The notes beneath the pieces were generated by a model. It was given only the letters and a program-made list of their open reading frames with translations, did not search any database and was not told the DNA's origin. Shown here in pieces: positions 8,720 through 18,981 of a stretch of DNA of 64,000 nucleotides; the first letter of the stretch is position 1; the number at the start of each line of letters is the position of its first letter. This DNA is from a virus, in IMG/VR virus record IMGVR_UViG_3300033148_006964, positions 96,001 through 160,000 of that record; one strand, given 5' to 3'. The position numbers and the translations under genes were made by a program.

Positions 8720-9826
8720 TTAGCTTTTAGCGTCATCCCCTTCTTCATCTAACAGAGCATTACTTGCTTCTAGTTTTACATCATTTCCAATATTTTTATC
8801 GGAATCTTCTGTAACTTCAGCTTCGTCAGAGTTGCTATCTGCTTCACTTGGAAAGTTTATAGCTAATTCTTTTTGATCATCAAGTTCCATAGGAACTGGA
8901 GTGTCAAGATCTGCGTTATCACCAACAGATTCTATTAATTTTGCACCAGCGTTAACTAACATGTTAACTTCGCCTTGAGCACCTGGTAGTAGAGCACTTT
9001 TACTTTTCTTTAAAAAGCCTCTTTTAATTGGTTCCATTATCATCGCGGTAAATTTAGGAGATGGTTTTAAATCTGTAATAAAAACGTCTTTACCACCAGA
9101 TTTTACCTTTTTATGTATAAGCATAAATTCTGCACCAAACAACCCTTCAAATGGAATGCTTTTATCAGCCTCTTGCTGTTTAACGGCATGGGCCGCACAT
9201 GTTAATGACCACAATTGATTTAACGCTGATTCTATGCCCATTATAGTATTAATAGATCTTGTTTCAAATCTATATGGGTTTGGATTTAAGTCAATTGATG
9301 GAAAACATTTTAACAATCCTACATGTTTGCATTTACCAGCTTTAAAATCTGGGCATTCTTTATATGGGCATCCAGTATTACCGTTAAATTCTCTAGTAAC
9401 CCATTTGCGCTTACCATCTGGATCAAATTCTAAAAATTTTGCCGGAGTATTTTCTCCATAACTTTTACAAAGAAGTCCTTCTGTTTTGGAATACATAGAT
9501 AATGAACTTTCCCACATCTCTTCAATAGTCTTGTATAAACTAACTACCTGAAGACATCTTGGAGATTTAGATCCATTATTATGTTTTTCTAATGCCTCTT
9601 GAACATCTTTATTTAATACCCATTCTTTTACTGCTTCTGGTGTTTGAGCAGTTCCAACTCTTTTGGTTTTTGTTATTTCTACTAACATTCTAAAAAATCC
9701 TGCTGCTACTGGATGGTTCGTGTTATTAGAACCTTCCCCAGCAGCAAAACCTGCACTTATTTTACCACGATATTTAGTAATTTGATTTATAATACCATCT
9801 TTATCGTGCGTAAGTCCCTTTATCAA
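8720..9826 (-). CDS. Gp3-like / recombination directionality factor-like protein
   Basis: GKISAG...P...GFF, LLCKSYG, CP..ECP....CK..GLL, FETRSINTI pattern; acidic tail. Confidence 0.6.
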   Translation of the reverse strand: MIKGLTHDKDGIINQITKYRGKISAGFAAGEGSNNTNHPVAAGFFRMLVEITKTKRVGTAQTPEAVKEWVLNKDVQEALEKHNNGSKSPRCLQVVSLYKTIEEMWESSLSMYSKTEGLLCKSYGENTPAKFLEFDPDGKRKWVTREFNGNTGCPYKECPDFKAGKCKHVGLLKCFPSIDLNPNPYRFETRSINTIMGIESALNQLWSLTCAAHAVKQQEADKSIPFEGLFGAEFMLIHKKVKSGGKDVFITDLKPSPKFTAMIMEPIKRGFLKKSKSALLPGAQGEVNMLVNAGAKLIESVGDNADLDTPVPMELDDQKELAINFPSEADSNSDEAEVTEDSDKNIGNDVKLEASNALLDEEGDDAKS

Positions 9827-9852
9827 CTAAAACCTCCTTAATTGGTTTAAAA

Positions 9853-10608
9853 TTAATAATCCGGAGTTCCATCTTCCTCCATATGTGAAACATCAATTAC
9901 AGTTGACGCCATATCACTTGCTGCATCTTCTTCATTAGCGGCGTTATTAGCAACAGCGTCTTCTGTAGGTTGAACTACTTCAGAGTTTTCTTCTGATTTT
10001 TCAACTATATATGATACACTTTTATCGCCAGGCATTGCTTTAGATAGGCTTTTAATCTGATATTGCGATTTTCCTTCATATAAAGTTTCATCAATGACAG
10101 CCATAACTTCTTGATTCATTTTGTGCTCTTTTACAAGCTCAAACTTATCATCAACTTCTTTGTATTCTGTTACTAAGTGATCTTCAACCCAACCAATATT
10201 ACCAACATCAATTGAATCAAGACCAGTAAGAGCTACTAATTGAGGCTTCATAAGCCTTACTGTGTTTCCAACCTTTTCTTTCGTAGCGCCTTTTGCTGGA
10301 GTTAAAACAATATTATGAAACACTGTTGATCCAGCTGAAACTAAATCAGTTCCATCTACAACTGCTAAAGATAATTGCAACATCAAAGCTTTTGTCTTTT
10401 TAGCAATAGTTAATTTTGGAAACATATCCATCTCTTTAGTATCTTTATTACGCCACGCAAAAGATCTGGCTTTTACACGATATCGCCCAGGAACCTCTAT
10501 TTTTTGTGGAGTTCCTTCTGAACTTGCTTGATCAGTGGTAGTTCTGATCTCTTTTCTGTCTTCCTCGGTAAGACTGTCAAAATGGTCTCTAATTGTACCA
10601 TCAATCAT
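9853..10608 (-). CDS. putative single-stranded DNA-binding protein (DUF669-like)
   Basis: PGRYRVK, LQLSLAVVDG, acidic C-terminal tail; sits in replication cluster. Confidence 0.45.
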   Translation of the reverse strand: MIDGTIRDHFDSLTEEDRKEIRTTTDQASSEGTPQKIEVPGRYRVKARSFAWRNKDTKEMDMFPKLTIAKKTKALMLQLSLAVVDGTDLVSAGSTVFHNIVLTPAKGATKEKVGNTVRLMKPQLVALTGLDSIDVGNIGWVEDHLVTEYKEVDDKFELVKEHKMNQEVMAVIDETLYEGKSQYQIKSLSKAMPGDKSVSYIVEKSEENSEVVQPTEDAVANNAANEEDAASDMASTVIDVSHMEEDGTPDY

Positions 10609-10676
10609 AATACTCCCTTGTTAAGTTAAAAGATTGCTACTATTATTGTTATTACAAGTTATCCCTCTAAATCACA

Positions 10677-11360
10677 TCAAAAAGGCAGGTCACCTTCAGC
10701 AATATATTCGGAAGGCTCTTCATCACACAATACAATAGTTTCATGCTGTGAAATCTCATCTTTTGTATCTATAGCCGTTTGACCTAACCTTTCAAAATCT
10801 ATATCTATAATTTGAATAGGATATGGATAATTTTTTTGCCACATTCCAAACTCTATACGAACAGGCTCCATTGTAACACCTATTGGTTTAGGATCAAATA
10901 TAGCTAATTTATTTATAATATCTTCAGGGACTTTTGGTAACAAAGTCATATTTTTTATTTCTTTATCTGTTGGACTTAACATTCTTAACATATACTGTAT
11001 AAACCAATCATGCTTTTTTCTTTCTATTTGAAAAACTCCATGCAATAATAGATATTTTCTTAATGCTGGAACTTGTTTAAAAATAGAATCTAAAATTAAT
11101 TCTCTTTTAGAATCAAAATTATGAATTGCTAAAAGAAAAACTTCAAATTGATCAGATAGATTTTTATATTCTTTACACCATCCAATTTCGATAAAAAAGT
11201 CACATAACGATTTAAGTTCATTCATTTTCCATTTACTTATACTAACTTGCGTTCCGCTTCTCAAGCTTGCCATCGCCCTCGCTAAGTATTTTTGCAGTTT
11301 CAATGATCTTAAGATGAGGTTCACTCGCTGTAAGTTCGAGGATATCAGATTGTTCGGCAT
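10677..11360 (-). CDS. hypothetical protein
   Basis: 227 aa, strong AAGGAGG RBS, acidic tail ending DLPF; overlaps primase-helicase by 119 nt. Confidence 0.65.
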   Translation of the reverse strand: MPNNLISSNLQRVNLILRSLKLQKYLARAMASLRSGTQVSISKWKMNELKSLCDFFIEIGWCKEYKNLSDQFEVFLLAIHNFDSKRELILDSIFKQVPALRKYLLLHGVFQIERKKHDWFIQYMLRMLSPTDKEIKNMTLLPKVPEDIINKLAIFDPKPIGVTMEPVRIEFGMWQKNYPYPIQIIDIDFERLGQTAIDTKDEISQHETIVLCDEEPSEYIAEGDLPF

Positions 11361-14300
11361 TATCTCCCTCCTTCAATCTTTTTTCTAGCCAATTATTAAA
11401 CATTTTAGTCTTTTTATATCGACCATGTTTTGTACGTACAATACAATTCCTCGTGATTAAAGTACTTATTAATTTTTGAGATGCGTCACCTATAAACATA
11501 TCATTTGATTTAATTTCATCTGAATTAGCATTTACCATATATATAGTTCTATCTGCAACTCTACATAAATAGTCAATAAATACTTGCTTAATCCCACCAT
11601 CCGTAAGGTCTTCATCTTTAAATAGAATATCTATATTTATATATTTCAAAATATTCATCATAAATCTCATATCACCTAATGTTTCTGCTTTGCGTTTCAT
11701 TACAGAATAACTATCTAATTTCATATTAGGATGACAATATAATTCATTTAAAAATTCAACTATATAAGCTACATGCTCTTTTGTAACACTTACCTTATCC
11801 CAATCATTTGGCATATGAGAGTATAAAAGAGTAGCTAAAGACACCGACAATCTAACAAGTTTAGCTCGCATTTCTTGATTAATAAGTTCTGTTGATGAAT
11901 GAAATTTTTTAAGTAATTTTATATGAGCTTCATTAATATACTCTTCAAGACCTTCTTCAAAAATAAAATCTTCAGGTTTTCTGGAGTATGCCCACATAAT
12001 AAGATGTCTACATTGAAATTCAGTAAACTCAGTTGCTATAGGTTTATAAGAAGACGCAAAATCATTACTAGAAATATCATCTCTTCTAACTACAAAACCA
12101 AGATCAAATCTAGATAAAACCTCACTCTTATAACACAAGTCTTTTAAAAAATTAATACCATAACTATATCCTTCTTCTGTATCATCATGCATTACACGTT
12201 TGTTAGATAACATAATTTTCCTGGTACGTGCAGGTGACTTTCCAGATACAATTTTATTTATTTCAGCTATTCCACTTGATCTCATAGGAGTTAAATCATT
12301 AAGTTGATTTATGCTCAGATTCGCAAGTTCGTCTATAGTTAAAAGGCCGCCATCATTCATAGGTATTTTTCCCCATTTAATGGCATTTTGATTCATAAAT
12401 TTAACTATGCCTCCTAACAATCCAGTTCGTGCTACAGCATCAGAACAATCAACCTTTTCACCTATCTTATAATGATTATGGAAAAAATCAGCTACCAACG
12501 TCTTGCCGCAACGTGAGTCTCCAGCCACAATCGACTCTACCCATCCTCTAGTTACATTTGGAAGTAACCTTTTATTTCTAATTTCAATTGGAGAAAAGAA
12601 TGTTAAATCAAGCATCGCTATAAGTTCTCGACGCCCATCCAGCCCAATAGCGTTTCCAAACGCTTCATATCTTTTATATAAATGCTTTTTTATTGACTCA
12701 CCTTTAGCTGGCCTGAACACTTGAAACAGATCATGCGTTTTTTGATCCATTTGAAATTTTTCAATAGATGTAGCAATAGGTTCTGCTTCATCTAAAAACA
12801 ATACTACATATTGTCCATTCCAGGCGGTAGTTTGAATACCTTTAAAAATATAAGATTTATTTGGATACAAATCCTGTTCACCAATCATATAAGCATGAAT
12901 ATTAATATCAGATATTCCTGTTTTTTGAATATTTGTTTTCTTAAACTCAAATTCTTCAACATCTCTTGCAAGTTCAACATGAGATATTTTTTGTGGATTA
13001 AAATTTACTAATTTTACAAAAGGACAAGTCTTTGGTATTCTTAATAATTTTTTTTGCTGAGTATCCATATCTCTTGCTGGCGTCTCAATCATACCAAGAA
13101 TATCGTGTTCACTAAGCTCTATCATGTGAGGATTTTTTGTAACCGTTGGGTGAGTTCCTGCTCTAACAAAATTAAATACTACAGGTTGTTTTGCATCAAA
13201 TTCAGGCATACATGATAATACGCAATTACTACAACTTCTACGTCTTTCATTTTCATAATCTAATAAATTACATGTAGCTTTACATTTAGTCCAGTAAAAA
13301 TAAGATCTACTATCAAAATTAGAAACAGAAGCTATAAGTTCTAATTTTATATTACCATTTGGAGAATAATATTTTGCAGTTCTAGCCTCTTGAAGAGTAA
13401 CTTTACAATTTTTACAATCTTTTCTAGAAAAATCTTCTGTATATACAGGAGTGTCTTTAATTAATTGTAAATATCTACTTAGCGCTTGACTTTCATCAAA
13501 ACCATTTTTTTTCATAAAATCAGTAAAATCTGTTTCTTTTCTTTTTTGTTTTCCATTTACTTCTTTCATTAATTCTGGATCTAATCCATATTTATTAATA
13601 TCAGACTTATCAAGATCAATTATTTTAATTTGCTTAGCAAATGGATATAAAGAGTGAGCTAATTTTAAAGCACCATCTCTTCCAGCTTTATCTGAATCAA
13701 AACAAATAACAAAATCTTTATTACCAAATAAAGCTTGGCATTCTTTTTTGCTAAACATTTTTAAAATATTAGTAATAGACTTAGATCCCATTGTTACCGC
13801 ACCATCAATGCCAAACGCTAAAGCACAATAAGCATCAGGTTCACCTTCAAAAAATGTTATATGAGAAGCCATTAAACTACCTATAGGGGTAGCCTTCATA
13901 TCACGCCCTCTATGCTTATGCACCCATTTATAGGCTTGATTTGTATTCCATGGATCATATGATTTAAGATTAACTAGATCGCCATTACCATCTATAATAG
14001 GAAAAACAATTCTACGACGTTCATCAAGACCTATTTGATATTTATTAATCAAATCTATAGTAATATTTCTGGTGTTGTTTAAATACAACAACCGATCTTC
14101 ATCTTTAAGGAGTCTTTTAACACATACATCTAACTCTGACATTGGAGACGTGTTCATTTTTTTTACTAGATCTGCTAATTCTGATGGTAGTATGTAAGGT
14201 TTTCCTGTTTTTTGATAGTATTCGCTTTGAATAGAATCGTATAATTTTTGTATATTTTCACAATCATCTTCAAAGTTTGGATCATCTTTATTTGTTGGAA

Positions 14301-14658
14301 TGTCTTTAAATGTATTTTGAAGATTACAAAAATCAATAACGAAATCAGTATAATGTTCTCCGTATTCTCCACCCTTAAGATAATCACTCCAGTATGACTG
14401 GAAATTACCAGATATGCCGCAAGTGAAACATTGCCACTTGCCTGTATTATTATCAACTGATAATGAAGGGAAAGTATCAACTCCATCATTGTGGCCACCA
14501 GTATTCCAACAGTAAAAATTCCCGTCTCCCTTTTGTCGCCACCCCAACCTTTGATATACACTATGGAATTGATTTTCCATTGCTATTTGAGCTGCTGCGA
14601 ATAATGATTTTAGAGCGTCTTTTTTTACATGATACTTTCTAGTACTTTTGTTATTCAT
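11242..14658 (-). CDS. primase-helicase fusion: Zn-binding domain + TOPRIM + MCM-like AAA+ helicase
   Basis: C..H...WQCFTC Zn motif; FFEGEPD and ICFDSDKAG (TOPRIM); GDSRCGKT, GGLLTIDE, EVLSRFDL (MCM-type Walker A, Walker B, arginine finger). Confidence 0.85.
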   Translation of the reverse strand: MNNKSTRKYHVKKDALKSLFAAAQIAMENQFHSVYQRLGWRQKGDGNFYCWNTGGHNDGVDTFPSLSVDNNTGKWQCFTCGISGNFQSYWSDYLKGGEYGEHYTDFVIDFCNLQNTFKDIPTNKDDPNFEDDCENIQKLYDSIQSEYYQKTGKPYILPSELADLVKKMNTSPMSELDVCVKRLLKDEDRLLYLNNTRNITIDLINKYQIGLDERRRIVFPIIDGNGDLVNLKSYDPWNTNQAYKWVHKHRGRDMKATPIGSLMASHITFFEGEPDAYCALAFGIDGAVTMGSKSITNILKMFSKKECQALFGNKDFVICFDSDKAGRDGALKLAHSLYPFAKQIKIIDLDKSDINKYGLDPELMKEVNGKQKRKETDFTDFMKKNGFDESQALSRYLQLIKDTPVYTEDFSRKDCKNCKVTLQEARTAKYYSPNGNIKLELIASVSNFDSRSYFYWTKCKATCNLLDYENERRRSCSNCVLSCMPEFDAKQPVVFNFVRAGTHPTVTKNPHMIELSEHDILGMIETPARDMDTQQKKLLRIPKTCPFVKLVNFNPQKISHVELARDVEEFEFKKTNIQKTGISDINIHAYMIGEQDLYPNKSYIFKGIQTTAWNGQYVVLFLDEAEPIATSIEKFQMDQKTHDLFQVFRPAKGESIKKHLYKRYEAFGNAIGLDGRRELIAMLDLTFFSPIEIRNKRLLPNVTRGWVESIVAGDSRCGKTLVADFFHNHYKIGEKVDCSDAVARTGLLGGIVKFMNQNAIKWGKIPMNDGGLLTIDELANLSINQLNDLTPMRSSGIAEINKIVSGKSPARTRKIMLSNKRVMHDDTEEGYSYGINFLKDLCYKSEVLSRFDLGFVVRRDDISSNDFASSYKPIATEFTEFQCRHLIMWAYSRKPEDFIFEEGLEEYINEAHIKLLKKFHSSTELINQEMRAKLVRLSVSLATLLYSHMPNDWDKVSVTKEHVAYIVEFLNELYCHPNMKLDSYSVMKRKAETLGDMRFMMNILKYINIDILFKDEDLTDGGIKQVFIDYLCRVADRTIYMVNANSDEIKSNDMFIGDASQKLISTLITRNCIVRTKHGRYKKTKMFNNWLEKRLKEGDNAEQSDILELTASEPHLKIIETAKILSEGDGKLEKRNAS

Positions 14659-14708
14659 ACGACTGCCTTCCTGAAAAAAAATATCCTTATATAAAATAAG
14701 GATATTAA

Positions 14709-15038
14709 TTATAAAATATTACTTAATAAATCTTCATTATTATTATCGGTCTCGTAATTGTCTTGATCGTCATCTGAGGTTATATCATTAAGATTTGGAG
14801 TTATATCTGGTAACTTTTTTTTAGATTCTTCACTTTCAGGGATTAGCATTGCATAACTTTTCATTGGTCTACACATTATATTTTTAGTATTTTTTCTTTC
14901 TATTGCCAACACCAATACAACTACTTTTTCTATTTTTATTGCGATTTCACAAGCTCCTGCAAAACCAGCAGCTTCATGCAGTTCGCATTGAACCCCATTA
15001 GAGAGTTCGATTTTAAATAACATTGTATCTGCCGCCAT
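14709..15038 (-). CDS. hypothetical protein
   Basis: 109-aa ORF with acidic tail. Confidence 0.6.
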   Translation of the reverse strand: MAADTMLFKIELSNGVQCELHEAAGFAGACEIAIKIEKVVVLVLAIERKNTKNIMCRPMKSYAMLIPESEESKKKLPDITPNLNDITSDDDQDNYETDNNNEDLLSNIL

Positions 15039-15068
15039 AATTGTCTTGCCTTCTTTGAAGATGTATTA

Positions 15069-15097
15069 AATATAGCATTAATTTATGATTATTTCAA
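15069..15097 (-). promoter_or_regulatory. sigma70-like promoter
   Basis: TTGAAA-N17-TATATT with TG extension. Confidence 0.5.
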
Positions 15098-15494
15098 TCA
15101 CAATATGTAGGATGTTTTTACCGTTTGTAAATAAAAAAGTATTTTAATTACTACTTATTTAACATGTTTAAACACAACGCAATGTACATAGCTACATTTT
15201 ATGTCTAACATATGGTACCACTATATATAGATATTTTTATTTTTTATTTTTTAAGGGATTCTAAACTTTTTTTAGCACTTTCTTTTACTATATTTAAAAA
15301 TTCTTCTTTTAAAGAGCCATTACTGAATATTATATCAGATGGGTCTAATATGTAAAGCTTTGTTGCTAAAATAATATTAAGCCTTGAAGAGTCTTTGTTA
15401 GCATTTATTAATTTATTCATTTGTTCTCTGAGTGAATTATTTTGTCTTAATAGCTCACGTCTTGATATTTTGTTCATAAAACATTTCCTTTTTG

Positions 15495-16025
15495 TTAATC
15501 AACTTGAATTCCTTTTAAATCAAACTTATCTATCATAGTTAATAGAGCTTCAGCGTTTCCTTTTGCATCATCTACTGGGTTATGAGTATGTTTAGTTTTT
15601 CTAAGATGTTTAAAATTTTTCCTCATATTGCCAACAAGTCCTTTATAAAGGTCTCCTATATTTCTTGACGAATGACCAAACGGATCGTAACCAAGATGCT
15701 CTATAAAATAATAATGTGTGAACATCCAATCAAAACCATTATTGTCTGAATAATAAATAGGACGACCATTACTATTTTTTTGTATCCAACTATTGAATTC
15801 AGACATAGCTTTTAAAGCATTACAAGGGTAAAGCATTGTTTCAGCTCTTGTAGTTCCGATTGACTTTAAAGCTTCTGTTAACCAATTGTTAGTTTGAGGT
15901 ATTATTTTTCTATGAAAAGTTACATCTAATTCACCATGCTTTAATAATACAGCTCCAATTTCTATCATGTTATAAATTCCAGGCACTGGGCCGTCTGCTT
16001 CTATATCGATTATAAAATCACTCAT
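15495..16025 (-). CDS. DEDDh 3'-5' exonuclease (RNase AS/Rv2179c-like)
   Basis: FIIDIEADGP, NNGFDW, HNPVDDA; start reassigned to MSDFII. Confidence 0.8.
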   Translation of the reverse strand: MSDFIIDIEADGPVPGIYNMIEIGAVLLKHGELDVTFHRKIIPQTNNWLTEALKSIGTTRAETMLYPCNALKAMSEFNSWIQKNSNGRPIYYSDNNGFDWMFTHYYFIEHLGYDPFGHSSRNIGDLYKGLVGNMRKNFKHLRKTKHTHNPVDDAKGNAEALLTMIDKFDLKGIQVD

Positions 16026-16044
16026 CTCACCCCACTTTAAAAAA

Positions 16045-16377
16045 TTAATAATTAAAATGTTGTCTAATTTCTTCCTCAGTTTTTTTAGTTTTATTAAAAA
16101 ATTTTCCACATTCAACGCATACAAATATATCATCTAATTCAGTCAATCCATGTAACCCATCTGAACTATCTGGACATTCATCATTTGCCATAACGTTTTC
16201 AACAGATATATCAAATACACTATCAATTTTTGGCTCAAGTTTATTCAATGTTTTAGATATTAATTCAGATACAATTACCCAATCTTTTTTGCTAGCTGAT
16301 ATAGGTGCTGTAATTTGAATAAATGGTGTATCTATTTTTACTATATCTTCTATAAGTTTTTTATTAAAATATTCCAT
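16045..16377 (-). CDS. hypothetical protein with C-terminal C2H-type zinc finger
   Basis: CVECGKFF...RQH. Confidence 0.55.
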   Translation of the reverse strand: MEYFNKKLIEDIVKIDTPFIQITAPISASKKDWVIVSELISKTLNKLEPKIDSVFDISVENVMANDECPDSSDGLHGLTELDDIFVCVECGKFFNKTKKTEEEIRQHFNY

Positions 16378-16408
16378 TTTTATAATATTCCTTTTTTTTA
16401 GATAAAAA

Positions 16409-16436
16409 AAAGACCTGTCATAATAACATGACAGGT
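16409..16436 (-). terminator. Rho-independent terminator
   Basis: AGACCTGTCAT/ATGACAGGTCT stem with T-tract on minus strand. Confidence 0.75.
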
Positions 16437-16458
16437 CTGCATAGGAAGTCGAGGTTTC

Positions 16459-16584
16459 CTACTTTGCTTCTTTTTTTGTTGTCTTTTTTGTTGTTCTGTT
16501 TTTTAGCTTTCCACCAAAAAACATCCCTGCTGCACCAGCTGCTGCTGTGACTACATATGAGCCAATTTTTATTGCGAGTGCCAT
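16459..16584 (-). CDS. 41-aa membrane-type peptide with basic tail (not in ORF track)
   Basis: AAGGAGG RBS; MALAIKIGSYVVTAAAGAAGMFFGGKLKNRTTKKTTKKEAK; flanked by promoter and terminator. Confidence 0.6.
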   Translation of the reverse strand: MALAIKIGSYVVTAAAGAAGMFFGGKLKNRTTKKTTKKEAK

Positions 16585-16635
16585 AAAGGCCTCCTTTTTA
16601 AAGAAATATGATATCTACACTTCTATTCCATTATA

Positions 16636-16664
16636 GTTATACCACGTTTTTGTTAAAAATAACA
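16636..16664 (-). promoter_or_regulatory. phage promoter motif copy 2
   Basis: TGTTAT-N17-TATAAC. Confidence 0.7.
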
Positions 16665-17114
16665 AAAAATCTTATGCTTTAACTACCACGCCATCTTTTA
16701 ACAAATATCCTGGAAAATTAGTGTTTAAAACACCCTCTTTAGCGCTTTTTAAAAGAGCCTTATGAGCTCTTTTAACCTTTTCTTTGTTAGCGGATCTTGC
16801 AGCTAATTTTAAATCTTTGTGCTTCTTTAAATTTTCTCTCCACACATTGTCTGGCATAATGATTTTCCTTTCAATCTTTAAGAATGCTATCCATTTTTAT
16901 ATATTCTTTTTTAATAAACTCTTTGATGATATCAAAGTCAATCACCTCAGAATACCCACTTTTAACTTTAATGAGCAAACCCCCTGTTGTATACGATTCA
17001 ATACTATAAGAAACTTTATGAGGTATTACTTTGTATTTAACATACCCATATATCTCCTCTTGTTTTATATGAAAATTTTTAATTAATGTTATTTTATGCA
17101 TCTTATCTCCCTTT

Positions 17115-17531
17115 TCACTCAAACATATCGATTTGTTGAATTATTTGTCGAGGCTTCACGTTTAAAGTCTTATGGCCAAGCTCAGTTATCATTTCACCTG
17201 TATAACTAAATATCCATTCTTGAATAAATTGCCGGTGGCATGGCCTTCCTATCTTTTCATAACAACATAAAACACAATCTTTGTATTTTTTAAGAATAGT
17301 TTCAGGGTTAAGGCCTAGAAGTATAAGATTAGCAACATAAGATGCCTGATAACTTTCAACGTTAATTATATTAAGCTTAAATCTATCTAATAACTCTGAG
17401 TTTGGAGCCAACTCCGACGCCGTACTGTGGCGCCACCATTTAGGTGTCTTTGCTGCTATAGAAAACAGTTTAAGCTTTCCTGATTGAACTAATGGATGCC
17501 TTGTTGCTCTACTAAAATATGATACTTTCAT
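17115..17531 (-). CDS. DUF488-like protein
   Basis: LAPNSELL and LCCYEKIGRPCHRQFI motifs. Confidence 0.65.
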   Translation of the reverse strand: MKVSYFSRATRHPLVQSGKLKLFSIAAKTPKWWRHSTASELAPNSELLDRFKLNIINVESYQASYVANLILLGLNPETILKKYKDCVLCCYEKIGRPCHRQFIQEWIFSYTGEMITELGHKTLNVKPRQIIQQIDMFE

Positions 17532-17570
17532 AGTATTCTCCTGGTATAAATAATTATATTTACTATCATA

Positions 17571-17599
17571 GTTATACCAGATTTTTGTTTTTAATAACT
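17571..17599 (-). promoter_or_regulatory. phage promoter motif copy 3
   Basis: AGTTAT-N17-TATAAC. Confidence 0.55.
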
Positions 17600-17790
17600 G
17601 TTTTTTTTATAAAATTAAATAAATCTTCAAATATAGTCGATATCATTAAAATAATTAATAAAATCCCCATAGATATGCATGCTATTATTACACACATTCC
17701 AATGTAACCATATTCTATTATTTTTTTTAAAAAAGATTGAATTGATTTTATGGCTTTATTTTTATTATTTGTCATTAACACTCCTTTTCT

Positions 17791-18969
17791 TTATTGTAAA
17801 AGTTTTTTTAAATATTGAAGATAACTATCGTTTTCACACATACATTTACCAGGAGAATCACTGATCTTAGCCACAGGCCTTCCATTGACCTCTACAAGCT
17901 TATATACGTTCTGTAGAGGTATTATACCAACATCATTGGTAAGGTTAGTGCCGATGCCGAAAGAACACTTTATTTTTCCTTTACAATAATCAGCGATCTC
18001 TATTGCTTTTGGGATAGTAAGGCCATCTGAGAATACAATAGTTTTTCCAAGCGGGTTTACTTTTAAAGACTTGTAAGACTTAATAATCTTTTTAGCAAAA
18101 GTAATTGGGTTTCCCGAATCGTGTCGAACGCCATCGTATACTCTTAAAAAGTATGGCTTAGAATCTTTAAGGAATTTATCAACCCCAAGTGTATCTGATA
18201 ACGCAATAGATAATTGACTCCCATAAAAATTACGCCAAATATCAAGTGCTTTTCGTTGAGAATCAAGAGGGTGACGAAACGCTTGATAATAGCAAACAAA
18301 TTCATGAGCGAAAGTGCCTACTGGTGTTAAATTAAAATCCATAGCAAGCTTAACATTGCTGGTTCCAGTAAAAATTTCTGACGGAAAAATTCCAGAAAGA
18401 TTCTTAATAACAGTTCTATGCCATTTTCTAGTAAACGCTCTTCTTGTGCCAAAATCTACAAATTTGAATTCATTATTTTCAGTGTAATCTACTATAAGCC
18501 TCATTTTTTCATTTAGCCTCTCCATACCAGTTTTACGCTCTACAGAGTAGTCGTAATGTTTATTATTATGAAGTGAGTATACTTCATGTACTATTTGAAG
18601 AAGATATATTTCCCACATCATAACTTGTAAGATTGGCCCTTCAGCCCATATTTCGAGACGTCCAAGATCATTACTAATATGAAGATATTGTTTATCAAGT
18701 TGGAATGTCTCAAGATAATTCAAGTATTCAGAGCAGAAGAATGATAAGTTTCTTAGATAATTAATTTCCTTTTTAGTGAACCTTAAATTACACAAGTTTA
18801 TTAATCTTTTATCAACTTCATCTTTACACTTATATAAATTTCTAGTTTCTTTAGATTCATTTTCATTTCTACATTTAAACCTGTATTTAGCTATGCTATC
18901 AGAATCTTGATAAAAAAATATCTGCTGCATAGTAAACTTGTACAGGTCATTATATAATAAACTTTGCAT
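17791..18969 (-). CDS. pncB: nicotinate phosphoribosyltransferase
   Basis: NDLYKFTMQQ, DFGTRRAF, GTSNV, GTFAHE, RHDSG, FSDGL, FGIGTNLTND, KISDSPGK. Confidence 0.93.
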   Translation of the reverse strand: MQSLLYNDLYKFTMQQIFFYQDSDSIAKYRFKCRNENESKETRNLYKCKDEVDKRLINLCNLRFTKKEINYLRNLSFFCSEYLNYLETFQLDKQYLHISNDLGRLEIWAEGPILQVMMWEIYLLQIVHEVYSLHNNKHYDYSVERKTGMERLNEKMRLIVDYTENNEFKFVDFGTRRAFTRKWHRTVIKNLSGIFPSEIFTGTSNVKLAMDFNLTPVGTFAHEFVCYYQAFRHPLDSQRKALDIWRNFYGSQLSIALSDTLGVDKFLKDSKPYFLRVYDGVRHDSGNPITFAKKIIKSYKSLKVNPLGKTIVFSDGLTIPKAIEIADYCKGKIKCSFGIGTNLTNDVGIIPLQNVYKLVEVNGRPVAKISDSPGKCMCENDSYLQYLKKLLQ

Positions 18970-18981
18970 AATATTTTCTCC

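Noticed and set aside
17791-18969. Assignment to NARP2 Nampt
   Set aside because: The TDLYK/DFGTRR/GTSN/GTxAHE-type pattern and the adjacent nicotinamidase fit NAPRTase better; no Nmnat in the window
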